DNA of 63,773 nt, filler included, from Octopus bimaculoides (taxonomy: Eukaryota), in NCBI RefSeq assembly GCF_001194135.2. It is 7 parts of 6 records of this genome, joined end to end, with 100 filler letters (N's around TTAATTAATTAA, not from the genome) between each part and the next. Parts side by side here need not be neighbours in the genome. Positions count along the whole stretch, not along the records: positions 33,554 to 49,868 come from NC_069009.1; positions 49,969 to 60,703 come from NC_068992.1; positions 60,804 to 62,491 come from NW_026378867.1; positions 62,592 to 63,773 come from NW_026348952.1; 3 more parts are not named here. The stretch is one strand, 5' to 3'. Position 1 is the stretch's first letter, and every line of letters begins with the position of its first letter. The position numbers and the translations under genes are program-made. Below the pieces are notes generated by a model. That model ran no database searches. It was not told the DNA's origin and was given only the letters and a program-made list of their open reading frames with translations. Of the stretch, positions 49,466 through 62,647 are shown one piece after another.

Positions 49466-49800
49466 ATCGTGTACATCGACTACGAACTGGTATTTATCAT
49501 CCTTGTGTCTGAACATTCTTCTAACATCATATTATGGACTCTTTCAATGCTCTGTACTTAACGCACACGCATACATCCATGTTTGTACACACATACACAT
49601 TATGTATACATGACGCACACACAGACACACATGTTAACCTATCAATAAAGTCTTGTCTTAAACATTCTACCCGATTGTGTCTCTCTTTTCCTTCTGGCAC
49701 TTATACTCATTTATCCGTTTTCATATTTTATTTGTATCGACCATCCAATGTACTAAAGGAGCCATTCTGGTTACCTCTCCTTCGCACGGTCGTTTTACAC

Positions 49801-49848
<48 letters not shown>

Positions 49849-49968
49849 TTTATATATATATATATATANNNNNNNNNNNNNNNNNNNNNNNNNNNNNNNN
49901 NNNNNNNNNNNNTTAATTAATTAANNNNNNNNNNNNNNNNNNNNNNNNNNNNNNNNNNNNNNNNNNNN

Positions 49969-50013
<45 letters not shown>

Positions 50014-50469
50014 GGAAAAATTGTACAAAAGGTATAAATAGATGAATTATCCGTCTCTACATTAACGTGTTAGTGGTGGAGTATCCCATAGTTACGTGTA
50101 TTGTTAAAGGATTTCTCAGGCCGAATCAGCAGGAATCGGTGGATGACAAGGCAATAGATTTAGATATACAATTAATCTGTACAGTTTTATCCACCTAGTT
50201 TCAGTCACAATGAATAACTCAACTGAAGGCTATAGGAAATTATATCTGCCCGATATGCACTAGAGCAGGATAAAAGAAAGAAACAAAGAAAGAAAGGACG
50301 AAAGATAAGAAGAAAGAAAGAAGGAAAGAAAGAAGAAAGACAGAAAGAAAGGAAGGAAAAACAGAATGAAAATAGGATGAAAAAAGAAACAAAGAAACAA
50401 AGAAAGGGAAAGGGAGACGGAAGGGCAATGAAATAGGAGGAGAAAAGACAAGCATTTGTAAGAACTTCC

Positions 50470-51070
50470 GTGGCTGGTACCAAGAAGATAGATAAAAAGC
50501 AGAAAGTAAGCTCACACCAGAAGTTATCGCATGTGCACGTGTTATCGCTCATGTTCTGGTACTGCATCCTAGAGTATGCCATTCATGTCAAAATATTGGA
50601 TGGAACCCGTATACCACATAATTTACAAGAAAATAAAGGAAGGGACGGGTCGAAGTGCTACTTCTCAACATTGAGAGGTCACAGTTCCGATACGGCAGGC
50701 ATGTAATTAAAATATCCCAGGAAAGAATCATAAGAAGGGCTCATCAAGCCAAGCCAACCGGCAGGAGACCTACTAGTAGACCTATAGCGAGATGGTTGGA
50801 TAATGTCCATACTTTCAGTTGGTCACGTTGGAGACCAGCTGAAAATTATAATGACGGTTGCTTGTGCTAGGATCTCACGGAGAATATGCCTGAGGATTCT
50901 ACCCGCACGTCCGACAGGAAACTTAAAAGTAGACTAAGAATAATATGGTTGGATAATATCCATAGGTGGTCACGCTTGGACATCCTGTCGGAAAGTGTAA
51001 AAATGTTTGCTTCTGATAGGACATTCTGGAAGTGTGTGAGTACTCTACCCCAACTACCCTCCCAGTAATA
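50470..51070 (+). mobile_element. RTE-clade LINE ORF2 C-terminal remnant with internal partial duplication
   Basis: LLLNIERSQFRYGRHVIKISQERIIRRAHQAKPTGRRPTSRPIARWLDNV, followed by a second WLDNIHRWSRL...ASDRTFWK copy. Confidence 0.8.
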
Positions 51071-53651
51071 CTGCACCGAGATGATCGATGGATAAATGAA
51101 ATCAGTAACTGATAAAATTTTATCGTGGACAAATACAGATATCGTATAGTATAACAGTTTAAAATCTTGGCTAAAGGCCTGAATTATCGGAATGGTGTCG
51201 GCCGATTGCCTTGACCCCAGTATATGTCACGTTATTTATTCTATCGACCCACGAAGGAGACAAATCAAAGTTCATCTCAGCAGGATTTGAATACAGGGCG
51301 TAAAGAACCAGAAGGAATGGTTGCAAACGGCCGCTTTACGCTACAGAGTACTCCGTAATATATTCGAATATAATATATAATATTACAAATATAAACAAAA
51401 CATTATAATATGATATCAAATACACAATGAGAAATTTTTCAGCATAATTATTATGTCATTTAAAGCAGTTAATTTACAATTCCGATAATTATTTAATATA
51501 TATACAATTTTTTTTTTAATTTCATATATAAATCGTATACAATTCAATTTACGTTCAAAACAAATAAACAAGTATAGACAATATTTCTATTTGCAAACAA
51601 GATTTACTATAAAAGGAAATAAGCTACTTCCGTCGGTTTTCAATACTTACATACAAAAGCACACAAACACATGCGCGCGCCTATCATATATTTTATATTA
51701 TACGTATATTTATGTGTATGTTTGTGCATTCTAACNNNNNNNNNNNNNNNNNNNNNNNNNNNNNNNNNNNNNNNNNNNNNNNNNNNNNNNNNNNNNNNNN
51801 NNNNNNNNNNNNNNNNNNNNNNNNNNNNNNNNNNNNNNNNNNNNNNNNNNNNNNNNNNNNNNNNNNNNNNNNNNNNNNNNNNNNNNNNNNNNNNNNNNNN
51901 NNNNNNNNNNNNNNNNNNNNNNNNNNNNNNNNNNNNNNNNNNNNNNNNNNNNNNNNNNNNNNNNNNNNNNNNNNNNNNNNNNNNNNNNNNNNNNNNNNNN
52001 NNNNNNNNNNNNNNNNNNNNNNNNNNNNNNNNNNNNNNNNNNNNNNNNNNNNNNNNNNNNNNNNNNNNNNNNNNNNNNNNNNNNNNNNNNNNNNNNNNNN
52101 NNNNNNNNNNNNNNNNNNNNNNNNNNNNNNNNNNNNNNNNNNNNNNNNNNNNNNNNNNNNNNNNNNNNNNNNNNNNNNNNNNNNNNNNNNNNNNNNNNNN
52201 NNNNNNNNNNNNNNNNNNNNNNNNNNNNNNNNNNNNNNNNNNNNNNNNNNNNNNNNNNNNNNNNNNNNNNNNNNNNNNNNNNNNNNNNNNNNNNNNNNNN
52301 NNNNNNNNNNNNNNNNNNNNNNNNNNNNNNNNNNNNNNNNNNNNNNNNNNNNNNNNNNNNNNNNNNNNNNNNNNNNNNNNNNNNNNNNNNNNNNNNNNNN
52401 NNNNNNNNNNNNNNNNNNNNNNNNNNNNNNNNNNNNNNNNNNNNNNNNNNNNNNNNNNNNNNNNNNNNNNNNNNNNNNNNNNNNNNNNNNNNNNNNNNNN
52501 NNNNNNNNNNNNNNNNNNNNNNNNNNNNNNNNNNNNNNNNNNNNNNNNNNNNNNNNCTCTCTCCCTCTCTCCCTCTCTCTCCATGAAATAATGAGCATAT
52601 TCTGTGCTCATGGAAATAATGACCCACTAATTGAACAAATCCTTTGGTATGCCGTTGCTATTTCGATTTCAAAACGTAAATAAACTATTCTGGGTTATTT
52701 ATTCTTTGAAAAACACGGAGAATTTCCGACCCCTACCCTTGGGTGAAAGGTGTCGTAAGTAGACAGTTTTCTATCTCAAGCCCTCCGACTTACCCGGTTT
52801 CCAAAGCGTATAAGTAACTGCGAAGTACCGTCTCCCTAACAAAACACCGATCTGTTTCAGGGTACAAAACCAGCAATATTTTTGTCGAGCAAGACGGGAG
52901 AATGTCAATTTCGTGACCTTAAGTATTTGAATACTGCTGAGAGTGGAAGATTAAAACTGACATGAACTGTATTTGAACGCAGAACGTAAATAACCAGACA
53001 AAACAAAATGCCGCGCAACATTTTATCCGGCGTGCTAACATTTCTGACAGCTCAACGCCCCATGGTTGGTTCCTCACTGTAAATCAATTTATTTCACTTA
53101 TAAACTATAGTTGTTGCTATTGTAGTTTAGTACTACATCAATACCGATTCATCTAACAAATGATCAAAGGCATTTCAGTAATGATCATCTCCTCTGTCTA
53201 TGTCTGTACAGAAAATTCAACACATTTTATCCGTTTCTTTCTTAAAAGAGCCGTCGTTCAATTTGAGCGAGGTTTGGCTGTAATTTGGTTAACTTTTGAA
53301 CTGTAATTTAAGAGGTATACAACTACTATTTCTAGCTCATCAAGCTAACTATGTAGAGGCTTACACTTCTTCCACTAACTCGAAATCTTAGAAGGAAAAT
53401 TATAATTTTATTATTTTATTCTGTTAGGTTTTCTAGCATTCCACACATATATGACATAAGAAGCTTTTGTTACACGCAATGAAGGGAAATAAAAAGAAAT
53501 TTTAAAAGAATTATTTAAAGGTAACTACAAGTAAAAAATATAAATGAACGTAAGACATCAAAAACAAGCGATATATATATATATATATATATATATATTG
53601 ATATATAGTAGTTAATGCACACAGTATACAGTTACGAACTACTAACAGTTC

Positions 53652-53763
53652 CATGAGCTGGAGATGTAGACTAGGCAGTTCTTAATAAGACTCCTTGTCT
53701 CCAAGAAATCTTGAAGACCGACGGTGTGTTAACATTTGCCAGGTCTACATCTCCAACGCATGA
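53652..53763. mobile_element. Small MITE-like inverted repeat
   Basis: TGGAGATGTAGACTAGGCA (53659) pairs with TGCCAGGTCTACATCTCCA (53737-53755) at 17/19. Confidence 0.5.
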
Positions 53764-53870
53764 GGCTATTACTAGCTCGTAACTATATCTTGTAAACATT
53801 AATTAATATTTATCTCTCACTGTGGATGGCGTACATTTTTGTTGATATTGCAATTAATGAAAAAGCAAAC

Positions 53871-53929
<59 letters not shown>

Positions 53930-53930
<1 letters not shown>

Positions 53931-54560
53931 TAGGGTGTGATGGGTAAATTGTCGTAAATTGTCGGCAATTTCGCGCATGCGCATTGTCTGATTTGGATTT
54001 TATCGACTACATAGTAGTGTCAGTCGGGCACCATCTCTGAGAAAAACAGCACCATGACGCAATTCACTACGCCAAAAATTTGGAAACATGCTGTACTGTT
54101 TGGCATTGGCGCCGGAAGCTCCAATACGAACAATTCAGAGTGTTTGGGCGTCAATCTGAGGACAGTACCGAGACTGATAAAAATCAAACAACCAGTCACC
54201 ATCATGGTGTTGGGAGTGATCACTAGTAATGGCAGCGTTATGCCTCCAATCATATTCCCACACGGCCTTAGAGTCAACACGGAGGCCTACATCAAGTACC
54301 TGGAGGAAGTAGTGTTGCCCTGCGTCAAGCGGGTGGCTGCTAGAAGACCCAATGTCTGGCAACAGGACCCTGCACCATGCCACACAAGCTGGAGAATACA
54401 CTCATGGCAGTCAGGCAATTTCTGCGACCACATCGCGCCTAACCTCTGACCACCTAAGAGCAGTCGGTTTGATTTTTAGTATCTCGTTTGTGAGAGCAGT
54501 CGAGTTTACTTCAGATATGCATCTCCGACTAATCGTTGAGAGGACATTGATGCTGCCTTG
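53930..54560 (+). mobile_element. Tc1/mariner (maT/DD37D-like) transposon, internally deleted
   Basis: TA-flanked left end TAGGGTGTGATGGGTAAATTGTCG. ORF 54054-54449 joins a short N-terminus to IMVLGVITSNGSVMPPIIFPHGLRVNTEAYIKYLEEVVLP...VWQQDPAPCHTS, the transposase catalytic core. No right TIR found. Confidence 0.85.
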
Positions 54561-54621
54561 GCGGAGGTTTTCGCCCTCTGAGTGCTCTTGCTATGATTAT
54601 TATTATTATTATTATGAGTAA

Positions 54622-54689
<68 letters not shown>

Positions 54690-56214
54690 TTCTCTCTATT
54701 ATGTACTTCTATGACACCCTAACTGTACTGAATCTTGTAGGAAGCATATGAGGGCTTGCATCATTTTTTCTTTTTTGTATTTTATCTTTTGTCAAAAATA
54801 CTGATGAAGTGTACCAGTTGCCTTTGTTGCGTAACAAGACCTCTAAGGTCACGTAATGTACGTCATTCTACGTTCCGCATCGCGTATGTCTCACATCCAT
54901 ATAAACANNNNNNNNNNNNNNNNNNNNNNNNNNNNNNNNNNNNNNNNNNNNNNNNNNNNNNNNNNNNNNNNNNNNNNNNNNNNNNNNNNNNNNNNNNNNN
55001 NNNNNNNNNNNNNNNNNNNNNNNNNNNNNNNNNNNNNNNNNNNNNNNNNNNNNNNNNNNNNNNNNNNNNNNNNNNNNNNNNNNNNNNNNNNNNNNNNNNN
55101 NNNNNNNNNNNNNNNNNNNNNNNNNNNNNNNNNNNNNNNNNNNNNNNNNNNNNNNNNNNNNNNNNNNNNNNNNNNNNNNNNNNNNNNNNNNNNNNNNNNN
55201 NTATATATATATCAAAAGCAATTTATTGTCCAGTATTCAACTTTAAAATGAGAAAGTGTGTCATGAAATTTTCAGTACATTCTTGGACAGATTCATTGGT
55301 ATCAAGAGAAGATAAAATTATTGAATGGTGTTGAATCTTTTCTTTTGTTGTTTTACAAGTTATACTTCGGCTAGAAAAATCTAGAATTTTGTGTAAATTC
55401 AATCAGTGACATGCAGCCGTTTTTGATTTACCTATTTTTTGTTACGCTATTTTTATTTGTTATATTGCTTCACCAGAAACGTTCTCATTAAAAACATTCG
55501 CTTATTGCTCGTCATAGTAGGTGGATGCATAATTTTAAAATACTAATTGGTCATTAGGATCTTCTACAATATGTCACACTTTTATTCATTTGCCTTTATG
55601 TATTTCTCGTTTGCTTTTGTGTGTGTTTTCTTGCTGCTGTTGCAGACTTTGTCTTTTTTTTATTTTCTTTAGTATGTTCTTGCCTCGGTTATTTTTTCTC
55701 TCTTAATAGATATTTAAATTTCGCTCGATTTTTCTTTATTTAATAATTTATCTTCTTTTTATTACCAACAGTTCGTTATCCCAACATAATTTAAATTAAG
55801 CTGTCTCTATATGTATTTCATTTCTTTTATGTTTTTTATATGTATTTGAAATAACTTACGTTTTTGTTTTTCGGTCTCCTTTGTTGCCGTATAAAGACAT
55901 TTTTATTATGTTATTTTTTTTATATTTAGACATTTAAATTTATTGATCTTCAAGAACGCCATTATTTTATAACCTTATCTTCAAAGTGAAACAATACTTA
56001 AACATTTCTGTTCATTTTTGGTGTAAATTTTATTAAAATAGTTATCAATGCAGGGCTCAATTGTTTTTTCACTCACCAACAATTTCCGGCTCTTCTATGA
56101 TATATTCTTCTCTATATCTAGCAGTAGATATGTGTGCATGTGTACATATAAATGAGTTACTGCTAGCCACAAAACTCTTTTTTTTATTTTCTCTCTCTGT
56201 TTATCTCTGTGTTC

Positions 56215-56250
56215 CTTTCTGTTGAAGAGCGTAGGCTCGAAACGTAAAAA
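56215..56250 (+). ncRNA. Minimal hammerhead-ribozyme-like motif (Penelope-terminus type), non-canonical core
   Basis: CTTT-CTGTTGA-A-GAGC-GTAG-GCTC-GAAACGT-A-AAA; same family as 33348-33383. Confidence 0.45.
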
Positions 56251-56774
56251 ACTTTCTCACTTCCCGAACGTTAAACTAATACATTTGTTTGCTGTTTACA
56301 CACCCGACTTCGTCTTTTCTTGTTTTTTTTTATAAATTCCAACTGCACATATATATNNNNNNNNNNNNNNNNNNNNNNNNNNNNNNNNNNNNNNNNNNNN
56401 NNNNNNNNNNNNNNNNNNNNNNNNNNNNNNNNNNNNNNNNNNNNNNNNNNNNNNNNNNNNNNNNNNNNNNNNNNNNNNNNNNNNNNNNNNNNNNNNNNNN
56501 NNNNNNNNNNNNNNNNNNNNNNNNNNNNNNNNNNNNNNNNNNNNNNNNNNNNNNNNNNNNNNNNNNNNNNNNNNNNNNNNNNNNNNNNNNNNNNNNNNNN
56601 NNNNNNNNNNNNNNNNNNNNNNNNNNNNNNNNNNNNNNNNNNNNNNNNNNNNNNNNNNNNNNNNNNNNNNNNNNNNNNNNNNNNNNNNNNNNNNNNNNNN
56701 NNNNNNNNNNNNNNNNNNNNNNNNNNNNNNNNNNNNNNNNNNNNNNNNNNNNNNTATATATATATATATATATT

Positions 56775-56984
56775 TACGAGGGTGTGCTGGCTTTAAGGGT
56801 GTTGCCAAAGGCCTGGTTGGAGGTCCAACCTTCCAAGTTATTTTACAGGGCTTAGAAAAAAATGATTGACTACTGCAATAAGTGTGTGAATCTGGGAGAG
56901 AAATATGTTGAATGAAATCATAATTAACTGATGTTCCTCTATTTTCATTTTCCCAAAGCTAAGAAATGTTCAGCACCCCTCATG
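56775..56984 (+). mobile_element. Mariner-derived MITE retaining the transposase C-terminus
   Basis: Ends TACGAGGGTGTGCTG and CAGCACCCCTCAT are imperfect TIRs; the interior reads LFYRA*KKMIDYCNKCVNLGEKYVE*, the mariner terminal KC....G.YVE signature. Confidence 0.75.
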
Positions 56985-57216
56985 TTTATGTATTTGTATA
57001 AATACATACGCACATATACAAATATATATACATACACATATATACATTTATATGTTTACACACACACACACACATGCACACACACACATACACACACGCA
57101 CACATATATACATATATATATACGCAAATAACGAACAGTGAATATGGGTGCTAACAAACGCTTTGGTGGATAAATCGCAGCATGAAATCATTGGTTGCCT
57201 TGTTAAGCCACAAAGA

Positions 57217-57251
<35 letters not shown>

Positions 57252-59593
57252 TTTGAGCTGTACATATTCGGCATGTCACTGGATTAGCGATTATATTTTA
57301 TCAATGAAGTAAATACAAAACGAAAGAACAGTTTTAGCCATAAATAAGATCATAAAATAACTGCTAAATGAACATTTAATTACTTGTTGAGATTTTCGTC
57401 AATTAACTGCTTTCCGGCAACAAAGGCACCAACTCACAGATGTACAACAAAATTTGAAAGGCTTAATAAATAGATGAAATGTGAATATAATAGATTTGTG
57501 CATTTTAAATGGTTATAACGGCCTATGAAGCAGGTCCATTTTTAACCGTCTAAAATGCATAAATTTATTTTGTTCTTTTTCCACCAACTGCAATATATGT
57601 GGTATATATGTGCGTTAGGGCCTATACCATACAAAATTTAGTGCAGATATAATTCAGTCCTGGACAGTGACATGAACTACGATATTTTGAAAAACTCTTA
57701 CTCTTGACGCTGTTGAAATGTGTTAAAAGGGCTTACAGCAGGTGGAGAGTGTCTCTATTTGTTCACTTGTGATGCTAGAAATAGCAATTAAACCTGCCTG
57801 CGTTCACAACTGAAGGAAATATTGCGTAATGTAGTCGTGAGTATGTTGGCTCTTCAAAAACGAAAAGAAAAAATTAGACGGTATGAGAGTGGCTGGAGCT
57901 CGTCCTTTGATGAAATGTCTTCACGGTTTAGGGCCAACCCACTGTGAAACTGCATGAATCATAATATTTCTTTCTATTATAAACACATAGCTTGAAATAC
58001 TGGAGGACGTGGTTAGTCAATGACATTGGCTCAGTGCTAGGCTGGTACTTATTTCATTGACTCCGAATTGGGGTAAGACAAAAATCGACTTCGACATCAT
58101 ATGAACTCAGGAAGCAAAAACATGAGACTATGCCGCTAAGCAAAAAACCGGAGATTATGCCGCTAAGCAATTCTGCCGGTTCGCCACCTTTAAATTGACA
58201 ATAACATGGATTTCAAATCTTCGCACAAGACCAGCAGTTCCGGAGGAGAGAGTAAGTTGATTACATCAACCTCAGTGACTAACTAGTACTTATTTTATCG
58301 ATCCCGAAAGAATGTAAGGCAAAGTCGACCCCGATAGAATTTGAACTTAGAACATAAAGACGGACAAAATGCCACAAAACATTTTGCCTAGCATCGTAAC
58401 GATTCTGCCATCTCGCCGACTTATAAATTGGCAATAAGATTGACAAACATCGACAGCTGAAGCTAATTATGCACGAGGGTTCGTTGAGATCGAAATAACA
58501 TGAAATCGGATATATGGCTATGGTGGTACCCGACAAAGAGTTTGAACCAGGAACCACCAGTATATTTGTCAGGCACGACACTCTTCTTATTAATTCACCA
58601 GAGTTATGACCTCGCAAAAACAAAGAAGTATATTTTATTGATCTCGAACACAAAATCTAATATCCCTCACGCTTCTTAGACACATAATATCTCAAAGACA
58701 TATTTCGACTCAGTGTAACTTTTGACCTTTACTGTTAAACGAATAATCTGGATCTAGCTCCGGTTTCGTCTCGTCGTCTTGGATTTCTTCAAATGAAAAT
58801 CAATATGCTATATTTGATAAGCTGTTTGTCTCTCTCCCAACAGAAAGAAATCATATCTTTATCTATTTGGATTTTGCCTGCCGCCGCTGCATCGGCATAG
58901 AGTTGTGATCCCTTGATCAACATTGTATACACGTGTGTGTGTATGTATATNNNNNNNNNNNNNNNNNNNNNNNNNNNNNNNNNNNNNNNNNNNNNNNNNN
59001 NNNNNNNNNNNNNNNNNNNNNNNNNNNNATATATATACATATATGTGTGTGTGTATGTATGTATGTATGTATGTATGTATGTGCATGTGTGTGTTTATCA
59101 AGGTATGATTGCGTGTTATGTAGAAATATGGATACGTAGTACGCTATGTGAATATTTTTGTGTGCGTCGTTGTTTGCATTCAATGTGACGCTTGTTTTTG
59201 CCCAAACCCCCCACCCCACCTCAATGAATATTCCAACATTACACAAACATTGACAACCAGACCGATATTCTGTTAGCTATTCTTAGCTTCCAAATCCCCG
59301 GTACACGTCCATTGCTGCCACCACCTCTTTTTCCTCCTCCTCCTCGCATTTGCAATTTCTCCGGCGAAGACCTGCGACTACAACAAACTTGTTTAACGCA
59401 GAGTAAGCATCTATTTTAATAAACTTCAATTAGAACTGATACTAACTTAAGACTACAGAACCGATATGTAATGCACTGCTGTCTGGCATAGTTGTACACA
59501 CACAGACATTACGTTTGTGTATGTATGTATATATGTATATGTATGTATTATGTATCTATGTATGTATGTATTTATCCATCTACCTATCTATCT

Positions 59594-59637
<44 letters not shown>

Positions 59638-60947
59638 GTAAAATTTCAGGATTCCAGAGAATCAGGTACCTAAATAGAAAAGTTCGAGTCAAAAAGTAGC
59701 TATCGTGTACAAAACAAAATTATAGGAACATATATGTGTGTGCTGAAGTACAGACGGATTAATATCCCAGTTGCATTTACGATCACAAGCACCTGACTGG
59801 ATATACCACGTGTCTCGAGGCTGCACCTAGGTACAAACATTGCACCAATTGTACTGCACTTAATAACTTACAGATCCACACTAATTGCTAGTTCCGAGTA
59901 AAGTGAATATCAAATAGATAACAACGGACGATATCGGTTCATTCACTACAGCTGTTTCAAACAAGTTTTTTTCTTTATTGATGAATAGAGTTATTAAAGC
60001 ATGCGAGAATAAAAACACCTTCGTCAGGTGAATACATATGAATTTTCTGGCTAACTTCAGTCAAAGAGTAAGAATTCATTGGCTGAAGCTAGCCAGGGAA
60101 TCTTGTAGTGCTACATAATGTTGCGTCTTGGAATGTTTTCTTTTAAATGTTTAATTTCCTGAGAGAATCGGATACTTAAATAATAATCACCAGGTAGAGT
60201 TGCATTAAGTTGTGGTCACCACAGTTGTGGTCGATTAAATATCCAATAGAATGTTCAGGTTGTGCACACACAGAGCAACCACCCCCACGAGTATTTAGCA
60301 CCTAGGGTCTGGTCCAAAGCACACGTATTGATCATACGTAGATGATACGTTGATCACACGTGTCCGAAGAGTCGTGAATCCCTATGGTGTATTATGATTA
60401 TAATCAAAGGAATAATAACAATCGATGAATAAATGTCGGTTCATTAAAGCCGTTTCTTACGCATTTTAATAACAGAATGAGTACATTACATCATTGCAAA
60501 ACATCGTAATCAACAGGTGAAACATATAATTTCAAAACAATAGAAGGATATCCCAAGAACACAATAAGAACATGACTGAAGCCAGCCGTAGCTGACCATG
60601 GTCAGCTTCGATTAAAAATACTTAAGAAACAGCCGTAATGAACTGACTATTATCTATCGTCTGTTTTTATCCATTTGATTTGTGTGTGTGTGTGTGTGTG
60701 TGTNNNNNNNNNNNNNNNNNNNNNNNNNNNNNNNNNNNNNNNNNNNNTTAATTAATTAANNNNNNNNNNNNNNNNNNNNNNNNNNNNNNNNNNNNNNNNN
60801 NNNCACACATATATATATATATATACATACACACACTCAAAGAAAGAGTGATAGATAAACTACAGATAATTGTGTGTGTATATATAAATATGTGTGTCTG
60901 TGTATGAATATATATGAGTGTTAATGTGTGTGTGTGAATATATAATT

Positions 60948-60980
<33 letters not shown>

Positions 60981-61515
60981 ATGGCTGGATAGATAGATAG
61001 AGAGAGAGATAGAGAGAGAGAGATAGAGAGAGAGAGATAGCTAGATAGATAGACAGAGATAGATAGATAGATATAGATAGATAGAGAGAGAGAGAGAGAT
61101 TGATAGACAGAGAGATAGACAGAGAAAGGGAAAGAGAGAGAAATAGTTATAGAAAGTGATGTAGAGAAAGGAAGAGAGAATGATGAAGAAGGAGAGGAGA
61201 GACAGAGAAAGAAAGAAGGAATAGGTGCAGAGAATTAGTGAGAGGGGTGGAGAGAGATAGTGTGAGTGTGTACATGTAAAGAGAGAGAGAGAGACAGACA
61301 GACAGACGTTCGTATACTCAGAACATTCTACAAATGCTAACACACCAAAGTAACCTACTCCCACCCTCTCTTTTTCACTCTCTCTCTCCCTCTCTCTCTC
61401 TCTGTCATTCACTCAATGGGTGTTTCTATCTTTTTCTCCCTCTTTCTCACATTGTGTCTTTCTATCCCTCTCTGTCTCTCTCTCATTCATTATATGTTTG
61501 TGTATATGTATATAT

Positions 61516-61895
61516 GTGGAGGCGCAATGGCCCAGTGGTTAGGGCAGCGGATTCGCGGTCATAGGATCGCGGTTTCGATTCCCAGACCGGGCGTTGTGAG
61601 TGTTTATTGCGCGAAAACTCCTAAAGCTCCACGAGGCTCCAGCAGGGGATGGTGGCGAACCCTGCTGTACTCTTCCACCACAACTTTCTCTCACTCTTAC
61701 TTCCTGTTTCTGTTGTACCTGTAATGCAAAGGGTCAGCCTTGTCACTCTCTGTGCCACGCTGAATATCCCCGGGAACTACATTAAGGGTACACGTGTCTG
61801 TGGAGTGCTCAGCCACTTGCACATTAATTTCACGAGCAGGCTGTTCCATTGATCCGATCAACCGGAACCCTTGACGTCGTAAGCGACGGAGTGCC

Positions 61896-61898
<3 letters not shown>
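61516..61898 (+). mobile_element. tRNA-derived SINE family A, full length
   Basis: Colinear with 20047-20425. Confidence 0.9.
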
Positions 61899-61936
<38 letters not shown>

Positions 61937-61940
61937 ATAT

Positions 61941-62066
61941 ATAAATTCAGATGAGTGGTACAACAAGGCACCAATATTTACTGGAAAATAGCAATCGATA
62001 CAATTACGATGCTATTCTATTTCCAGTAAATATTGGTGCCTTGCTGTACCACTCATCTGAATTTAT
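61941..62066. mobile_element. Near-perfect hairpin MITE (47-bp arms)
   Basis: ATAAATTCAGATGAGTGGTACAACAAGGCACCAATATTTACTGGAAA pairs with its downstream reverse complement at 46/47; TA-dinucleotide flanks. Confidence 0.75.
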
Positions 62067-62289
62067 ATATATACCCTTATAGGGCTTTATTTTGCTGGAA
62101 ATTAATACATTTGTATTGAAATATATATATATTAGATGGGTTTCTTTCAGTTTCTGTCTATCAAGTCCTCTTACAAGGCTTTGGTCAGTGTGTGGGTATA
62201 ATAGAAGACACTTGCTCAAGATGCCATGCAGTGGGGCTTCTTTCCACACAAACATGCCTGTGCCTTTGTCAATATATTTCAATGCCTTA

Positions 62290-62491
62290 AGAAACTTCAA
62301 CCACACACATACTCATACAAACACATACACACACACCCAACCACACACATACTCATACAAACACATACTTGCAAACACCCAACCACACACATACTCATAC
62401 AAACACATACACACACAACCAAACACACACATACTCATACACACACATACACACACACCCAACCACACACATACTCATACAAACACATACA
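62290..62491. repeat. CA-rich ~40-bp minisatellite
   Basis: Repeats of CAACCACACACATACTCATACAAACACATAC with variable (AC)n spacers, running into a scaffold spacer. Confidence 0.85.
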
Positions 62492-62647
62492 NNNNNNNNN
62501 NNNNNNNNNNNNNNNNNNNNNNNNNNNNNNNNNNNTTAATTAATTAANNNNNNNNNNNNNNNNNNNNNNNNNNNNNNNNNNNNNNNNNNNNGGAAACTGA
62601 AAGAAGCCCGTCTTATATATATATATATATATATATATATAAGTGTG

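Noticed and set aside
4621-59246. Long ORF-track entries containing X runs (e.g. 4621-5652, 7922-9082, 14588-15544, 51640-52611)
   Set aside because: They are open only because N codons are not stops; the flanks are microsatellite translations (YI, HT, CV, RE repeats).
59930-60540. Possible diverged direct repeat (TCGGTTCATT ... CAGGTGAA.ACATAT) about 490-500 bp apart
   Set aside because: Only two short anchors with unequal spacing; cannot be distinguished from chance without an alignment.
20047-61898. All four family A SINE copies lie on the + strand
   Set aside because: n=4 across separately oriented scaffold pieces; not meaningful.
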